From NCBI GenBank assembly GCA_046290465.1, contig JBKAGP010000001.1, positions 4,704,001 through 4,768,000 of the forward strand: a stretch of 64,000 nucleotides of DNA. The letters run 5' to 3'. Both the position numbers and the translations under genes were made by a program. Position 1 is the first letter of the stretch, and the number at the start of each line of letters is the position of its first letter. Under the pieces are notes generated by a model that had not been told where the DNA came from, ran no database searches, and worked only from the letters and a program-made list of their open reading frames with translations. This document shows, one piece after another, positions 1 to 9,929 of the stretch. This stretch comes from Planctomycetota bacterium. GTDB lineage: Bacteria; Planctomycetota; UBA1135; UBA2386.

Positions 1-8
1 TCGTCCTC

Positions 9-893
9 TTGCTCGGTGTCGCCCTGGTGCGGGCCCCGGCGGCCGTCGCCCAAGAGCCGCAGTCCGCCCCCGAGAAGCTCTGGCGCGACGACCCGGCCGC
101 CGTCATCGACCACTACCTGGCGCAGGCGAAGCTGAAGCCGATCGAGGTCGTGCTGGTCGGCACGTTCCACTTCGACGACCAGGGCCTCGACGAATACAAG
201 CCGACGCACCACTTCGACGCGCTCGCCGACGACCGCCAGCAGCAGATCGTGCGGGTCGTCGACGACCTCGCCGGCTGGAAGCCGGACCTCGTGTGCGTCG
301 AGCGGCGTCCGAGCGGCCAGGGCCGCGTCGACGCCGACTACGCGACGTTCCGCGACGGTGGCCTGCGCGACCGGAAGAACGAGGTCGTGCAGATCGGCTA
401 CCGCCTCGCCGATCGCCTCGGGCACCAGCGGGTGCACGCGATCGACGCCGGCGGCGCCTGGCTGCAGCCGCGCGTCGACCCGATCGCCTGGGCCAAGAAG
501 AACGGCCGCATCCGCCAGCTGATGACGCCGCTGCAGGCAGTGGGAGCCGCCTCGCGCGCCGACGAGGACCGCTTCATCGACCGCGAGGACCTCAGCACCA
601 TCTACCGCTTCATGAACCACCCGCGCGTGCACCAGGTCGCACACGCCGTCTACCTGATCGGCGCGTTCCACGCGGCCGACGGCGAGCAGTTTCCCGGCCC
701 CGACGGCTTCGTCACGCACTGGCACAACCGCAACCTGCGCATCTTCGCCAACCTGCGCCGGGTGGCGAAGCCGGGACAGAAGGTCGTGGTGCTGTTCGGC
801 AACGGCCACATGCCGATCCTGCGGCACTGCATCGCGTCGAGCCCCGAGTTCCGGTTGACGGAGCTGCGCGACGTGGTCGGCAAGACGCGCTGA
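9..893 (+). CDS. DUF5694-like secreted protein (true start may lie upstream of the window)
   Basis: Signal-peptide-like N-terminus; motifs VLVGTFHF, W..RNLRIFANL, VVVLFGNGH recalled for DUF5694. Confidence 0.7.
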   Translation: MLGVALVRAPAAVAQEPQSAPEKLWRDDPAAVIDHYLAQAKLKPIEVVLVGTFHFDDQGLDEYKPTHHFDALADDRQQQIVRVVDDLAGWKPDLVCVERRPSGQGRVDADYATFRDGGLRDRKNEVVQIGYRLADRLGHQRVHAIDAGGAWLQPRVDPIAWAKKNGRIRQLMTPLQAVGAASRADEDRFIDREDLSTIYRFMNHPRVHQVAHAVYLIGAFHAADGEQFPGPDGFVTHWHNRNLRIFANLRRVAKPGQKVVVLFGNGHMPILRHCIASSPEFRLTELRDVVGKTR

Positions 894-913
894 GCGCGCG
901 TCGGCTCGAGCGA

Positions 914-2095
914 CTAGTCGGCCAGCATGCGGCCGAGGATGGTCTTCTGGATCATCGACGTGCCCTCGTAGATGCGCAGCGCCTGGATGTCGCGCCACAG
1001 CCGTTCGACCGGGTAGGCCGAGGTGTAGCCGCGGCCGCCGTGCAGCAGCACGGCCTGCTCGGCGGCGGTCGCCGCGGCCTCGGTCGAGTACAGCTTGGCC
1101 ATCGCCAGATCGGCGTGTGTCTCCGAGCCGGCGTGCCGGCGGTTGGCGCAGCGGTGCACCAGCGCGCGGCTCGCGTGCAGTGACGTCAGCATGTCGGCGA
1201 GCCGCTCCTGCACCATCTGGAACCTGACGATCGGTTTGCCGAACTGCTGCCGCTCGCGAGCGAACGCCGTGGCTTCGGCGAGCGCGCGGCGGTGGATGCC
1301 GACGGCGCCGGCGGCGACCGACAGGCGGCCTTGGGCGAGGCCGTTCATCGCGATCGAGAAGCCCTTGCCGATCGGGCCGACGATCTCGCTCGCGGCCGCG
1401 CGCACGCCGTCGAGCGTGATCACGGCGTGGTCGCTGCCGCGGTGGCCGAGGTCGACGCCGGGCATCGGCTTGCGGTCGATGCCGTCGCGATCGGTGCTCA
1501 GCAGGAACGCGGTCAGGCCCTTGTGGCCGAGCGACGGGTCGACGGTCGCGAACAGCAGCATCACGTCGGCGACGCCACCGTTGGTGATCCAGTGCTTCTG
1601 GCCGGAGATGCGGTAGCTGCCGTCGGCCTGCTGTTCGGCGTGCGTCTGCAGCGACGCCACGTCGCTGCCGGCGTCCGGCTCGGTGAGCCCGAAGCAGCCG
1701 ATCGCCTCGCCGCGGATCAGCGGGCCGAGCCAGCGCTCGCGTTGTGCGTCGCTGCCGTTCTGGTGCAGGCACTGCGTGACCAGTCCGGTCTGCACCGCAC
1801 AGAACCCGCGCGCGTTGCCGCAGGCCGAGCCGAGCTCCTCGTGCGCGATCGCCAGCTGCAGCGGCGTCCAGCCGCCGCCGCCGGCCTCTGTCGGCAGCGG
1901 TCCGCCGAGGATGCCGGCGGCGCCGAGGTCGTCGACCATCTCGCGACGGAACGTGCAGGTCTCGTCGATCTCGCGCGCGTGCGGCGCGAGCTTGTGCTCG
2001 GCGAACGCGCGGATCTGCTGCGCGAACGCCCGCGCGTCCGCGTCGAGGTCGCTGTCGGGCAGGTAGAGGTCGCGGTAGTCGTGCTCGTTGCTCAT
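914..2095 (-). CDS. Acyl-CoA dehydrogenase
   Basis: CFGLTEPDAGSDV, GQKHWITNG, RQQFGKPI, IYEGTSMIQK; ATG at 2095 overlaps the upstream gene stop. Confidence 0.95.
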   Translation of the reverse strand: MSNEHDYRDLYLPDSDLDADARAFAQQIRAFAEHKLAPHAREIDETCTFRREMVDDLGAAGILGGPLPTEAGGGGWTPLQLAIAHEELGSACGNARGFCAVQTGLVTQCLHQNGSDAQRERWLGPLIRGEAIGCFGLTEPDAGSDVASLQTHAEQQADGSYRISGQKHWITNGGVADVMLLFATVDPSLGHKGLTAFLLSTDRDGIDRKPMPGVDLGHRGSDHAVITLDGVRAAASEIVGPIGKGFSIAMNGLAQGRLSVAAGAVGIHRRALAEATAFARERQQFGKPIVRFQMVQERLADMLTSLHASRALVHRCANRRHAGSETHADLAMAKLYSTEAAATAAEQAVLLHGGRGYTSAYPVERLWRDIQALRIYEGTSMIQKTILGRMLAD

Positions 2096-2889
2096 CGTCC
2101 CTCGAACTTCGGCTCCCGCTGCTCCATCCACGCGTCGTAGAACTCGCGGTGGTCGCGCGCGCGCAGCAGCAGCGCCTGTGCCTGCGCCTCCTGTTCGATC
2201 GCCGCGTCGAGGTCCATCGGCCACTCGTGCCAGACCATCTTCTTGGTCATGCCGATCGCGAGGCCTGGCCCGTTCGCCAGCCGGCGCGCGATCGCCATCG
2301 CCTCGTCGAGCACCTGCTCGGGTGCGACCACGCGGTTGGCGAGGCCGATGCGATGGCACTCGTCGGCCGGGATCTTGTCGCCGAGCGTCAGGTATTCCAT
2401 CGCGCGTCCGGTGCCGATGACCTTCGGCAGCAGCCAGGCCGCGCCCATGTCCGCGCCGGTCAGCCCGACCTTGGTGAACAAGAACGCGAACTTCGCCTTC
2501 TCGGACATCACGCGCAGGTCGCTGGCGAGCGCGAGCACCGAGCCGGCGCCGGCGGCCACGCCGTTGATCGCCGCGACGATCGGCTTGTCGAGGCGCAGCA
2601 TGTTGCGCACCACCGCGCCGGTCATGCGGGTGAACTGCAGCGTGCCGTCGAGGTCGCGGTCGAACAGCGGGCCGATGATCTCTTCGACGTTGCCGCCGCT
2701 GCAGAATCCCTTGCCCTTGCCGGTCAGCACGATCGCCTTGACGCGCTCGTCGCTGCGCAGGTCGACGAACAGCCGCTCGAGCTGGCCGTAGATCTCGAAC
2801 GTCAGCGAGTTGAGCGTGTCGGGTCGGTCGAGGGTCAGCACCGCGACGCCGTCGTCGTCGATGTCGAAGTGGAAGTCGTGGTCGCTCAT
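2092..2889 (-). CDS. Enoyl-CoA hydratase/isomerase (crotonase) family, AbmC-like subtype
   Basis: FCSGG, KPIVAAINGVAAGAG, FAFLFTKVGLTGADMGAAWLLP. Confidence 0.93.
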   Translation of the reverse strand: MSDHDFHFDIDDDGVAVLTLDRPDTLNSLTFEIYGQLERLFVDLRSDERVKAIVLTGKGKGFCSGGNVEEIIGPLFDRDLDGTLQFTRMTGAVVRNMLRLDKPIVAAINGVAAGAGSVLALASDLRVMSEKAKFAFLFTKVGLTGADMGAAWLLPKVIGTGRAMEYLTLGDKIPADECHRIGLANRVVAPEQVLDEAMAIARRLANGPGLAIGMTKKMVWHEWPMDLDAAIEQEAQAQALLLRARDHREFYDAWMEQREPKFEGR

Positions 2890-2904
2890 GGCATTCGCGC
2901 GGGA

Positions 2905-3681
2905 TCAGTCGAGGAACGCGGCGGGGTCGCGGTCGAGTTCGTAGACGCAGCCGTCGGGTCGTTCGCGCAGCAGCATCGCGACCGCGTCGGCGACCTCCTG
3001 GCAGGTGTGCATGCGCCCGATGCGATTCTGCTGGCCCATCCGGGCGAGCGCCTCATCGGCGGTCGAACTGCCCTTGCTCGCGACCGCGGCGGCCGCGTTG
3101 CGGGTGATGTCGCTGTCGACGAAGCCCGGACAGACGGCGTAGACGTGCAGGCCCTTCGGCGTCAGTTCGGCGTGCAGGGCGCGCGACAGCCCGACCATGC
3201 CGTGCTTGGCGGCGGTGTAGGCCGACGTGAACGGATAGCCGCGCAGGCCGGCGGTCGACGCCAGGTTGAGCAGGCAGCCGGAGCCGCGCTGCTTCATCGC
3301 GGCGGCGCAGGCTCGCGCGAACGCGAGCGGAGCCGCGACGTGCAGGTCGAAGGCCTCCTGCATCATCTCGGCGGTGGTGTTCTCGACCTTGTCGGACGGC
3401 GCCGTGCCGGCGTTGTTGACGACGTGGTCCGGCGTGCCGAAGTGTCGCTCGGTCGCCGTGATCACGTTGCCGGCGGCGTCCGGATCGCGCAGGTCGACCG
3501 CGAAGGTCGCGACGTCGCCGCCGGCGCCCTGCAGTTCGGCCGCGACCTCGTCGAGGCGGCCGCCGTCGCGCGCCACCAGCACGAGCCGGTGGCCATCGGC
3601 GGCGAGGGCGGTGGCGATCGCGCGGCCGATGCCGCGGCTGCTGCCGGTCACGATCGTCACGGGGGCTTCGGTCGACGCCAT
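2905..3681 (-). CDS. Short-chain dehydrogenase/reductase (SDR)
   Basis: [12 protein letters not shown], catalytic YTAAK, CPGFVDS; ATG at 3681 chosen. Confidence 0.93.
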   Translation of the reverse strand: MASTEAPVTIVTGSSRGIGRAIATALAADGHRLVLVARDGGRLDEVAAELQGAGGDVATFAVDLRDPDAAGNVITATERHFGTPDHVVNNAGTAPSDKVENTTAEMMQEAFDLHVAAPLAFARACAAAMKQRGSGCLLNLASTAGLRGYPFTSAYTAAKHGMVGLSRALHAELTPKGLHVYAVCPGFVDSDITRNAAAAVASKGSSTADEALARMGQQNRIGRMHTCQEVADAVAMLLRERPDGCVYELDRDPAAFLD

Positions 3682-3715
3682 CGTGCCATGCTCGCGCACC
3701 GGGCCCGCCCTTCGC

Positions 3716-3730
3716 AACGAACGTTTCGTT
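3716..3730. promoter_or_regulatory. Palindromic operator candidate AACGAA-CGT-TTCGTT
   Basis: AT-rich inverted repeat about 35 bp upstream of the SDR operon start. Confidence 0.45.
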
Positions 3731-3830
3731 CCTGGACCCGCGAGGAAGGGCTCAGGTCCGGCGGCCGCGCGCGCCGATAGGGCGTGTGGGACAGGGAAGC
3801 AGGGGCGTCGAGTTGCGGACGACCCTCAGG

Positions 3831-3863
3831 AAGGGCTCGGTGGGGACCGAGCCCTTTCTCTTT
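3831..3863 (+). terminator. Intrinsic terminator-like hairpin upstream of the CDS at 3972
   Basis: AAGGGCTCGGT-GGGG-ACCGAGCCCTT (11-bp perfect stem) followed by TCTCTTT. Confidence 0.65.
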
Positions 3864-3971
3864 GTACGGCGATCCTTCCGGGCGTGCCTGCCGGCTCGCA
3901 CACGGCCGCGCCGGATCGGCTTGGGTGCGAGGCGCCGAGCTGCCGATGGCAAGGGCTCCTGGAGGTAAAGG

Positions 3972-5093
3972 ATGCCCGAGAACGTGCTCGCGATGCTGTT
4001 GTTCGCCTGCCCCGCCGCGCTGGCCCAGAGCACGGCCACCGTGCCGCCGGTCTGCGAGACCCTGCCCGGCAATGCGGCGCTGGCGATGCCCCTGCGCTGG
4101 AGCGAGGGCCGGATGCAGGTGTTCGTCGACCCCGGCCTGCTGCCGCCGAACTTCGTCGGCGAGACCATCACTGGCCTCAAGCTGCGCCGTTCGGTGCTGC
4201 CGGGGGACGTCGCCTATCCGGCGATCTCGCGCACCCTGACCGTGCGCGGTGGCTTCCAGGGCCCGGCGGCGGCGCTGGTCAACGGCAGCTACACGCAGAA
4301 CCAGCCCGGCAGCATGCAGACGCTGTTCGGCCCCACGATGGTCAACGTGCCGGCGACGCCGGCGCCCGGGCCCGCCACGACCGTCGGCGAGTCGTTCGTC
4401 GACATCGTCTTCACGACGCCGCTGCCGGTGGTCGCCGGCACGCTGTTCCTCGAGTTCGAGGTCTCCAACCCGCCGCTGTCGATCAGCAGCGACCACTGGG
4501 TCGACGCGGTCTGGTTCGAGGACGGGGTCGACGAAGGGCTGGTGGTGCGCGTCGGCGACGGCGGCTGCACCACGCGGTCCGAACCGACGATGCTCGAATA
4601 CACCAGCAGCGATGCCCCGATCGCCGGCACGACGGTGGATCTGGAGGTCACCGGCGCACCGCCGACGATCAACGGCGCGTTCGGCTTCGTCGTCGTCTGG
4701 GCGGGCACCGACCCCGAAGGACGGGCTCCCGGCCCGACCTACGTCGGCTACGGCAACACGTTCGCCGCGGCGGATCCGCTGATGGCGAACTGCCACCAGT
4801 GGGCGCCGTTCGACTTCAGCTGGTTCGGACCGACCGACGGGGCCGGTCGCTTCGCGACCACGTTCGACATCCCTGGCAGCGCCGGGGTCGGCTTCCGGCT
4901 GGCGCTGCAGGCGGCCTGGCTGGACACCTCGCGGCCGGTGGTGCCGCTGTCGTTCAGCAACGGCCTGCAGCTCGTCTGCACCGGTGCCGGCGTCGGCAGC
5001 CGCTGCAACACGTTCTTCTTCCCGGGGCAGACCCAGGTCTCGCCGTGGGGGCCCCAGATCGGCCAGATGCCGGTGGTGCTGCTGGACTACTGA
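3972..5093 (+). CDS. Secreted hypothetical protein with planctomycete-type C-terminal module
   Basis: GGAGG RBS, signal peptide ending ALA-Q, GC3-rich codons, F.IP...G....LQA..LD......SNG module. Confidence 0.85.
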   Translation: MPENVLAMLLFACPAALAQSTATVPPVCETLPGNAALAMPLRWSEGRMQVFVDPGLLPPNFVGETITGLKLRRSVLPGDVAYPAISRTLTVRGGFQGPAAALVNGSYTQNQPGSMQTLFGPTMVNVPATPAPGPATTVGESFVDIVFTTPLPVVAGTLFLEFEVSNPPLSISSDHWVDAVWFEDGVDEGLVVRVGDGGCTTRSEPTMLEYTSSDAPIAGTTVDLEVTGAPPTINGAFGFVVVWAGTDPEGRAPGPTYVGYGNTFAAADPLMANCHQWAPFDFSWFGPTDGAGRFATTFDIPGSAGVGFRLALQAAWLDTSRPVVPLSFSNGLQLVCTGAGVGSRCNTFFFPGQTQVSPWGPQIGQMPVVLLDY

Positions 5094-5212
5094 CGCAGGG
5101 TCGCGCCCGGGTGCCATCCGGGCCCGGGAAGCCCTTGCGATTTGCGGATCGATCGCTACTCTGCTCGGCCCTCCCAATCCGGCCTCCGCCTGAGGTCGGC
5201 ACCTTTCCAGCC

Positions 5213-5377
5213 ATGGCCAAGCCCAAGAAGAAAAGAGAAATCGTCTTCCTCGTCTGCGAGGAGAGCGGCGATCGCAACTACACGCTGCTGAAGAAGCCCG
5301 GCACGCCGAAGCTGGAGCTCAGCAAGTACTGCCCGCGCCTGCGGAAGCACACCAAGCACATCGAGAAGAAGAAGTAG
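5213..5377 (+). CDS. rpmG: 50S ribosomal protein L33
   Basis: 54 aa [23 protein letters not shown]...[21 protein letters not shown]. Confidence 0.95.
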   Translation: MAKPKKKREIVFLVCEESGDRNYTLLKKPGTPKLELSKYCPRLRKHTKHIEKKK

Positions 5378-5463
5378 TTGCAGGGAGGCCAGGGCCTCCC
5401 GCCCCGACGCGGTCGCAGACCGTCCGTCGGCACTTCTCCCCGATCTGCATGGCGGGCCGCCCT

Positions 5464-6942
5464 TCAGCGGCCGCCCCCGGGCACGCTCCGAGCCAGGATC
5501 TCGTCGAGCAGCTCGCGACTGCGTGGCGCCAGCGCCATGCTCTGCAGCCGCGTGCCGAGCCGCGCCAACGTGTTGGCGTCGCCGTGCTCGAGGTTCTGCA
5601 GCGCCAGCACCACCGCGGCGAGGTGCATCGGGTCACCGGCAACGGCCGGGTCGTCGAGCACCTGGTTGACCGCCGCCTCGGCCCCGGCGGCGTCGCCGTG
5701 CACCGTGTGCACGAACATCGCCTGGATGCGCACCTCGACCGACGGGTCGTTGTCGAGCGCCAGCTTCGCGATCGAGAGGCCGCGCTGGTCCGGCAGCATG
5801 CCGACGCCCATGACCAGCTCGCGGCGTAGCTGCGGGTGCGTGTCGGCGGCCAGGTGCTCGCGGTAGGCGTCGGCGACGACCTCGGGGGCGCGCACGCCGA
5901 TCGCCAGGAACGTGCCGCGCGTGTGCTGCAGCTGGGGCGACAGCTCGCGCAGGACCAGCAGCGCGTCGGCGGGCGCCAGTTCGCGGCCGGCCAGCTTCGC
6001 GATCGCCTGGGCCAGCGTCGGGTCGTCGCGTTCGCGCAGCCACGCGAGCGCCAGGCCGCGGTAGTGCGGGTCCGACAGCAGCTGCCGGCAGGCCGCGACG
6101 ACCTGACTCGGGTCGCTGTCGTCGAGCAGCACCAGCGCGAGCTGCGACAGTTCGGCCGAGCTGCGCGCGCCGGTCGCCTTCAGGTTGTCCCACAGGGTCA
6201 GCAGCATGCGGGTCGCGATCTCGCGCGAGAACGTGCCGTCGCTGGCCTGCTGCAGCAGGTGCAGGACCATCGGCTCGTGCGTCACCTGCAGGTAAGGGCG
6301 ATCGTGCAGCACGCGGTCGCCCATCTCCGCCGTGTTGGCCCCGATCGGCATCGAGTCGAGCACCGATCGGGTCAGCTCGTCGATCCGCGCCCGTTCGCCG
6401 AGTCGGGTGGCCTCGTCGTGGCGCCGCGCCAGCTCGGCCGCGAGCACCACCTGCAGCACGCCGAGCCGGATGTTCTCGCCGGGCAGCCGCCGCGCGCCCT
6501 CCGCGGCGTCGGGCATCGCGACCACCATCGCCAGCGCCCGGTCGCCGGCGTCGGCGAAGTCGCCGAGCAGCCGCTCGAGCACCTCACGGGCCTCGGCGTC
6601 CAGCTCGCGCGCCGCCTCGATCTCGTCGTCCTGCGCCAGCGCGGCGGTCCGGCCGCTGAGCACGCACAGCCGATCGACGACCTGCTCGAACGTCTGCTCC
6701 GGCGACCGCCCGGCTACCGGTCCGTCCGCAGGTCCTTGCAGCAACGCGGCTTCGCGCTGCGGCTGGTCGACCGCGGCAGGACCGGTCGGCCGTGGTGGCG
6801 GAGGCTCGCGCTGCTCGGCGGTCTCGGCAGCAGCCGGTGGCGTGGTCGTCGACCAGACGGCGACCCCGGCGATCACGCCCAGCAGCAGGGCGAACAACGA
6901 CAACAGGTGCGCGGTGCGCGACCCGGACTCTCTCTGCGACAT
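5464..6942 (-). CDS. Membrane-anchored hypothetical protein with HEAT/ARM-like helical C-terminus
   Basis: GAGGAG RBS before ATG 6942; N-terminal TM segment; D.HPQLRRE and DPSVEVRIQA HEAT-like motifs. Confidence 0.75.
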   Translation of the reverse strand: MSQRESGSRTAHLLSLFALLLGVIAGVAVWSTTTPPAAAETAEQREPPPPRPTGPAAVDQPQREAALLQGPADGPVAGRSPEQTFEQVVDRLCVLSGRTAALAQDDEIEAARELDAEAREVLERLLGDFADAGDRALAMVVAMPDAAEGARRLPGENIRLGVLQVVLAAELARRHDEATRLGERARIDELTRSVLDSMPIGANTAEMGDRVLHDRPYLQVTHEPMVLHLLQQASDGTFSREIATRMLLTLWDNLKATGARSSAELSQLALVLLDDSDPSQVVAACRQLLSDPHYRGLALAWLRERDDPTLAQAIAKLAGRELAPADALLVLRELSPQLQHTRGTFLAIGVRAPEVVADAYREHLAADTHPQLRRELVMGVGMLPDQRGLSIAKLALDNDPSVEVRIQAMFVHTVHGDAAGAEAAVNQVLDDPAVAGDPMHLAAVVLALQNLEHGDANTLARLGTRLQSMALAPRSRELLDEILARSVPGGGR

Positions 6943-7007
6943 CGACTCCTCCTCGAGGTGGACGCAGCGCCACCCCGGCGCCGCGTCCATCAGTGCGCGA
7001 CCGGGGG

Positions 7008-7454
7008 CTACGGCTCGACCGGCGTGGACGTCGGCGGCCACGGATCGCAGGCGACCGTCGTCATGCGCGGCAACGCCGCGCCCGCATGTCGGCGCTCGAG
7101 CGTGCAGGTCGAGTCCCACGGCACGAACAGCAGGTAGTCGCGCTCGCAGACGTAGTGGTAGACCTCGGTCGCGACCTGGCCCCAGATCCGCGTCTTGGTG
7201 CGGTTGCCGTTGGTCTGCGGCACCTCGACCTCGTGCGTCGGCACCTGGACCGCCAGCAGCGGGCAGCCCTGATTGGGGCCCGAGAACGTCGTGCCGCCGA
7301 TCGTGAAGCTGACCGAGCCGCACTTGACGAGGCCGAAGAACTGCACGTCGAGCGGCACGGTCTGCGCCTTCGTCTTGGGGCAGGTGTCCTGCGCGATCAC
7401 GGGGTTGGCGAACATCGCCGCGAGCGCGACGACACCGAAGAACATGTGCTTCAT
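7008..7454 (-). CDS. Small secreted Cys-rich hypothetical protein (148 aa)
   Basis: AAGGAGGAG RBS, signal peptide ending VIA-Q, six Cys in the mature part. Confidence 0.8.
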   Translation of the reverse strand: MKHMFFGVVALAAMFANPVIAQDTCPKTKAQTVPLDVQFFGLVKCGSVSFTIGGTTFSGPNQGCPLLAVQVPTHEVEVPQTNGNRTKTRIWGQVATEVYHYVCERDYLLFVPWDSTCTLERRHAGAALPRMTTVACDPWPPTSTPVEP

Positions 7455-7605
7455 CTCTCCTCCTTGCTGCGCGGAGCGGGTCGGGCCGCAGCCCGGCGGC
7501 GAAGGGCTCCGCTCCGACGCCGCCACCGTTACTGGGGCCCGCGATCGGCGGCGGTCGCAGCAAATCCGTCGAAACCGGTCGCCGCGCGGCCCGGCTGCCG
7601 GAGGA

Positions 7606-8580
7606 TCAGCCGGCCTGGATCTGCCGCCAGGCGGCTTCGATGCCCGGCGTCACGGGCCCGGCGCGCCAGTCCAGCTCGCGGTCGGCCTTGGCGCTCGAGT
7701 ACCACATGTGCCGCGCCGCGAGCTGCAGGATCTGGCTGGTGACCGGCGGTCGGCTGCCGAACATGCGTTCCTTCATGCGCAGCGCACGGGCTCCCGCCAG
7801 CACCATCGAACGCGGCGCGACGCGCCTCGGGGCCCTGCCGCCGACGACCGCAGCGATCCGTTCGAGCAGTTGCCGGCCGCTGAGGTTCTCGCCGCCGAGG
7901 ATGTAGCGTTCGCCGCTGCGGCCGCGCTCGAGCGCCGCGAGCATGCCGTCGCAGACGTCGTCGACGTTGGCGACGTTGGTGCCGCCCGGTGGCGCGATGC
8001 GCACGCGGCCCTGCATGACCGAGCCGAGCAGCGAGTCGTCGCCCTTGCGGCGGTCGCCGGCGCCGTACATCGACGGCGGGTTGACGATCACGACGTCGAG
8101 GCCGGTGCGGCACGCGTCGAGCGCGCGCTGCTCCGCCGCGAACTTGCTGTCGCTGTAGCCGATCCGCAGCGGGCCGAAGTTGAACGGCGTGCGTTCGTCG
8201 AGTTCGCGCGGTTCGTCGGTGAAGCCGACCGCCGAGATCGTCGAGACGTGCAGCAGGCGCCGGACGTCCGCCGCGCGGGCGAGCTGCGCCAGGCGCGCCG
8301 TGCCGTCGGCGTTGACCTCGAACATGCGCCGCCGGTCCTCGGGCCGGAACGACACGATCGCGGCGAGGTGCACGACGTGGTCGACCCCGCGCAGGCCGGC
8401 GGCGAGCGCGGCTTCGTCGTCGAGCCTTCCTTCGACGCGTTCGTGCGTAATGCTGGCGAACTGCGGCAGCTGCTGCCCCGGTCGCAACAGCAGGCGCAGA
8501 CGGTGCGTGCGCGCGAGGCGCGGCACCAGCGCGCGGGCGACGAAGCTGCTGGCGCCGGTCACGAAGCAGAGCGGGAGCAC
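7606..8580 (-). CDS. NAD-dependent epimerase/dehydratase (HpnA/dihydroflavonol reductase-like)
   Basis: VTGASSFVA, VHLAA, YSDSK, GERYILGGENL, YSSAKA. Confidence 0.88.
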   Translation of the reverse strand: MLPLCFVTGASSFVARALVPRLARTHRLRLLLRPGQQLPQFASITHERVEGRLDDEAALAAGLRGVDHVVHLAAIVSFRPEDRRRMFEVNADGTARLAQLARAADVRRLLHVSTISAVGFTDEPRELDERTPFNFGPLRIGYSDSKFAAEQRALDACRTGLDVVIVNPPSMYGAGDRRKGDDSLLGSVMQGRVRIAPPGGTNVANVDDVCDGMLAALERGRSGERYILGGENLSGRQLLERIAAVVGGRAPRRVAPRSMVLAGARALRMKERMFGSRPPVTSQILQLAARHMWYSSAKADRELDWRAGPVTPGIEAAWRQIQAG

Positions 8581-8633
8581 GCCGCGAAGATAGCGTCACG
8601 GCGGCCCGGACGTCATGCTGGATGCGGCGGCTG

Positions 8634-9929
8634 ATGCGGATCCTGCACACGGCAGACTGGCACCTGGGACACACGCTGCGCGACCACGCGCGCACGGCGG
8701 AGCACGCCCATTTCCTGTCGTGGCTCGTCGACACGGTGGTCGAGCGCCGCGTCGATGCAGTGCTGATCGCCGGCGACGTCTTCGACAGCGCCAACCCGCC
8801 GCCGGCGGCGTGGCGGATGTGGTTCGCGTTCCTCGGCGAGCTCAAGCAGAAGAAGCCCGACGTGCAGGTCGTCGTGATCGCCGGCAACCACGATTCGGCG
8901 GCGCGGCTCGAGGCCCCGCGCGAACTGCTGGCCGCGTTCGACGTGCGCGTCGTCGGCCGGCTCGGCCGCGCCGCCGACGGTGCGCTGAAGGTCGACGACG
9001 TGATCGTGCCGCTGCGGGACGCCAGCGGCGAGGTGGTGGCGCAGTGCGTCGCGATCCCGTTCTTGCGAGCCAGCGACGTGACCGGGCTGGCTCCGCGCGA
9101 CGACGAGCACGACGCCGAAGTGGTGCCGCGCCCGGTGGACCCCGGTCGCGACCCGTTGATCGACGGCATGCGCGCGCTGCACGAAGAGCTCTTCGCGGCG
9201 GCGCGGGACCGTCGCACGGACGGCCAGGCGCTGGTCGCGATGGCGCACGGCTACCTCGTCGGCGGCGCGCTCAGCGAACTCAGCGAGCGCAAGGTGCTCG
9301 GCGGCAACCAGCACGCGCTGCCGGTCGACCTGTTTCCGGACGATTGTGCCTACACGGCGCTCGGCCACCTGCACCGGCCGCAGGCGGTCGGCGGCGTGCA
9401 GCGCGACGAGGTGCGCTACTCCGGCTCGCCGATCCCGCTGTCGATGCCCGAACGGCTGCACGCGCACCACGTCGTGTTCTGCGACCTCGACGGCGCCGCC
9501 GTCGAGAAGATCTGGTCGCTGCGCACGCCGCGGCTGGTCGAGCTGGTCCGCCTGCCCGAGCGCGGCGAACTCGACCCCGACGCGGCGCTGCAGGCGGTCG
9601 AGGCGCTGCCGCCGCGCGACGACGAGATGGCCGACGACCTGCGGCCGTTGGTCGAGGTCGCGGTGCGGCTCGAGCAGCCGTCGCCGTCGGTTGCCGAGCG
9701 CATCGCGCGCGCGATCGCCGACCGCAACGCGCGGCTGGTGCGCGTCGAGGTGGTGCTCGCCGGCGGTCCGGACAGCGCCCCGGCGGCGCCGCGCGAACTG
9801 GCGTCGCTGCAGCCGGAGGAGGTGTTCGTGCGCCGCTACCGCAGGGACTTCGACGGCGACGTGCCGGCGCCGCTGCTGCGCGCGTTCCGCGAACTGCTCG
9901 ACGAGGTCGAGCACGGAGGCTCGGCGTGA
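8634..9929 (+). CDS. sbcD: Exonuclease SbcCD subunit D
   Basis: ILHTADWHLG, AGDVFD, GNHD, ALGHLH, YSGSP metallophosphoesterase motifs. Confidence 0.96.
   Translation: MRILHTADWHLGHTLRDHARTAEHAHFLSWLVDTVVERRVDAVLIAGDVFDSANPPPAAWRMWFAFLGELKQKKPDVQVVVIAGNHDSAARLEAPRELLAAFDVRVVGRLGRAADGALKVDDVIVPLRDASGEVVAQCVAIPFLRASDVTGLAPRDDEHDAEVVPRPVDPGRDPLIDGMRALHEELFAAARDRRTDGQALVAMAHGYLVGGALSELSERKVLGGNQHALPVDLFPDDCAYTALGHLHRPQAVGGVQRDEVRYSGSPIPLSMPERLHAHHVVFCDLDGAAVEKIWSLRTPRLVELVRLPERGELDPDAALQAVEALPPRDDEMADDLRPLVEVAVRLEQPSPSVAERIARAIADRNARLVRVEVVLAGGPDSAPAAPRELASLQPEEVFVRRYRRDFDGDVPAPLLRAFRELLDEVEHGGSA

Noticed and set aside
3717..3863. Known riboswitch (c-di-GMP, cobalamin, TPP, SAM)
   Set aside because: I could not identify the conserved core motifs of these classes by eye. 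It is kept only as an unclassified RNA candidate.
3266..5377. 703-aa ORF ending in an L33 sequence (apparent fusion)
   Set aside because: The upstream part is a shadow frame over other genes. rpmG starts at ATG 5213.
5383..5400. Hairpin GGGAGGCC-AG-GGCCTCCC after rpmG as a terminator
   Set aside because: There is no U-tract on either strand, so support is too weak.
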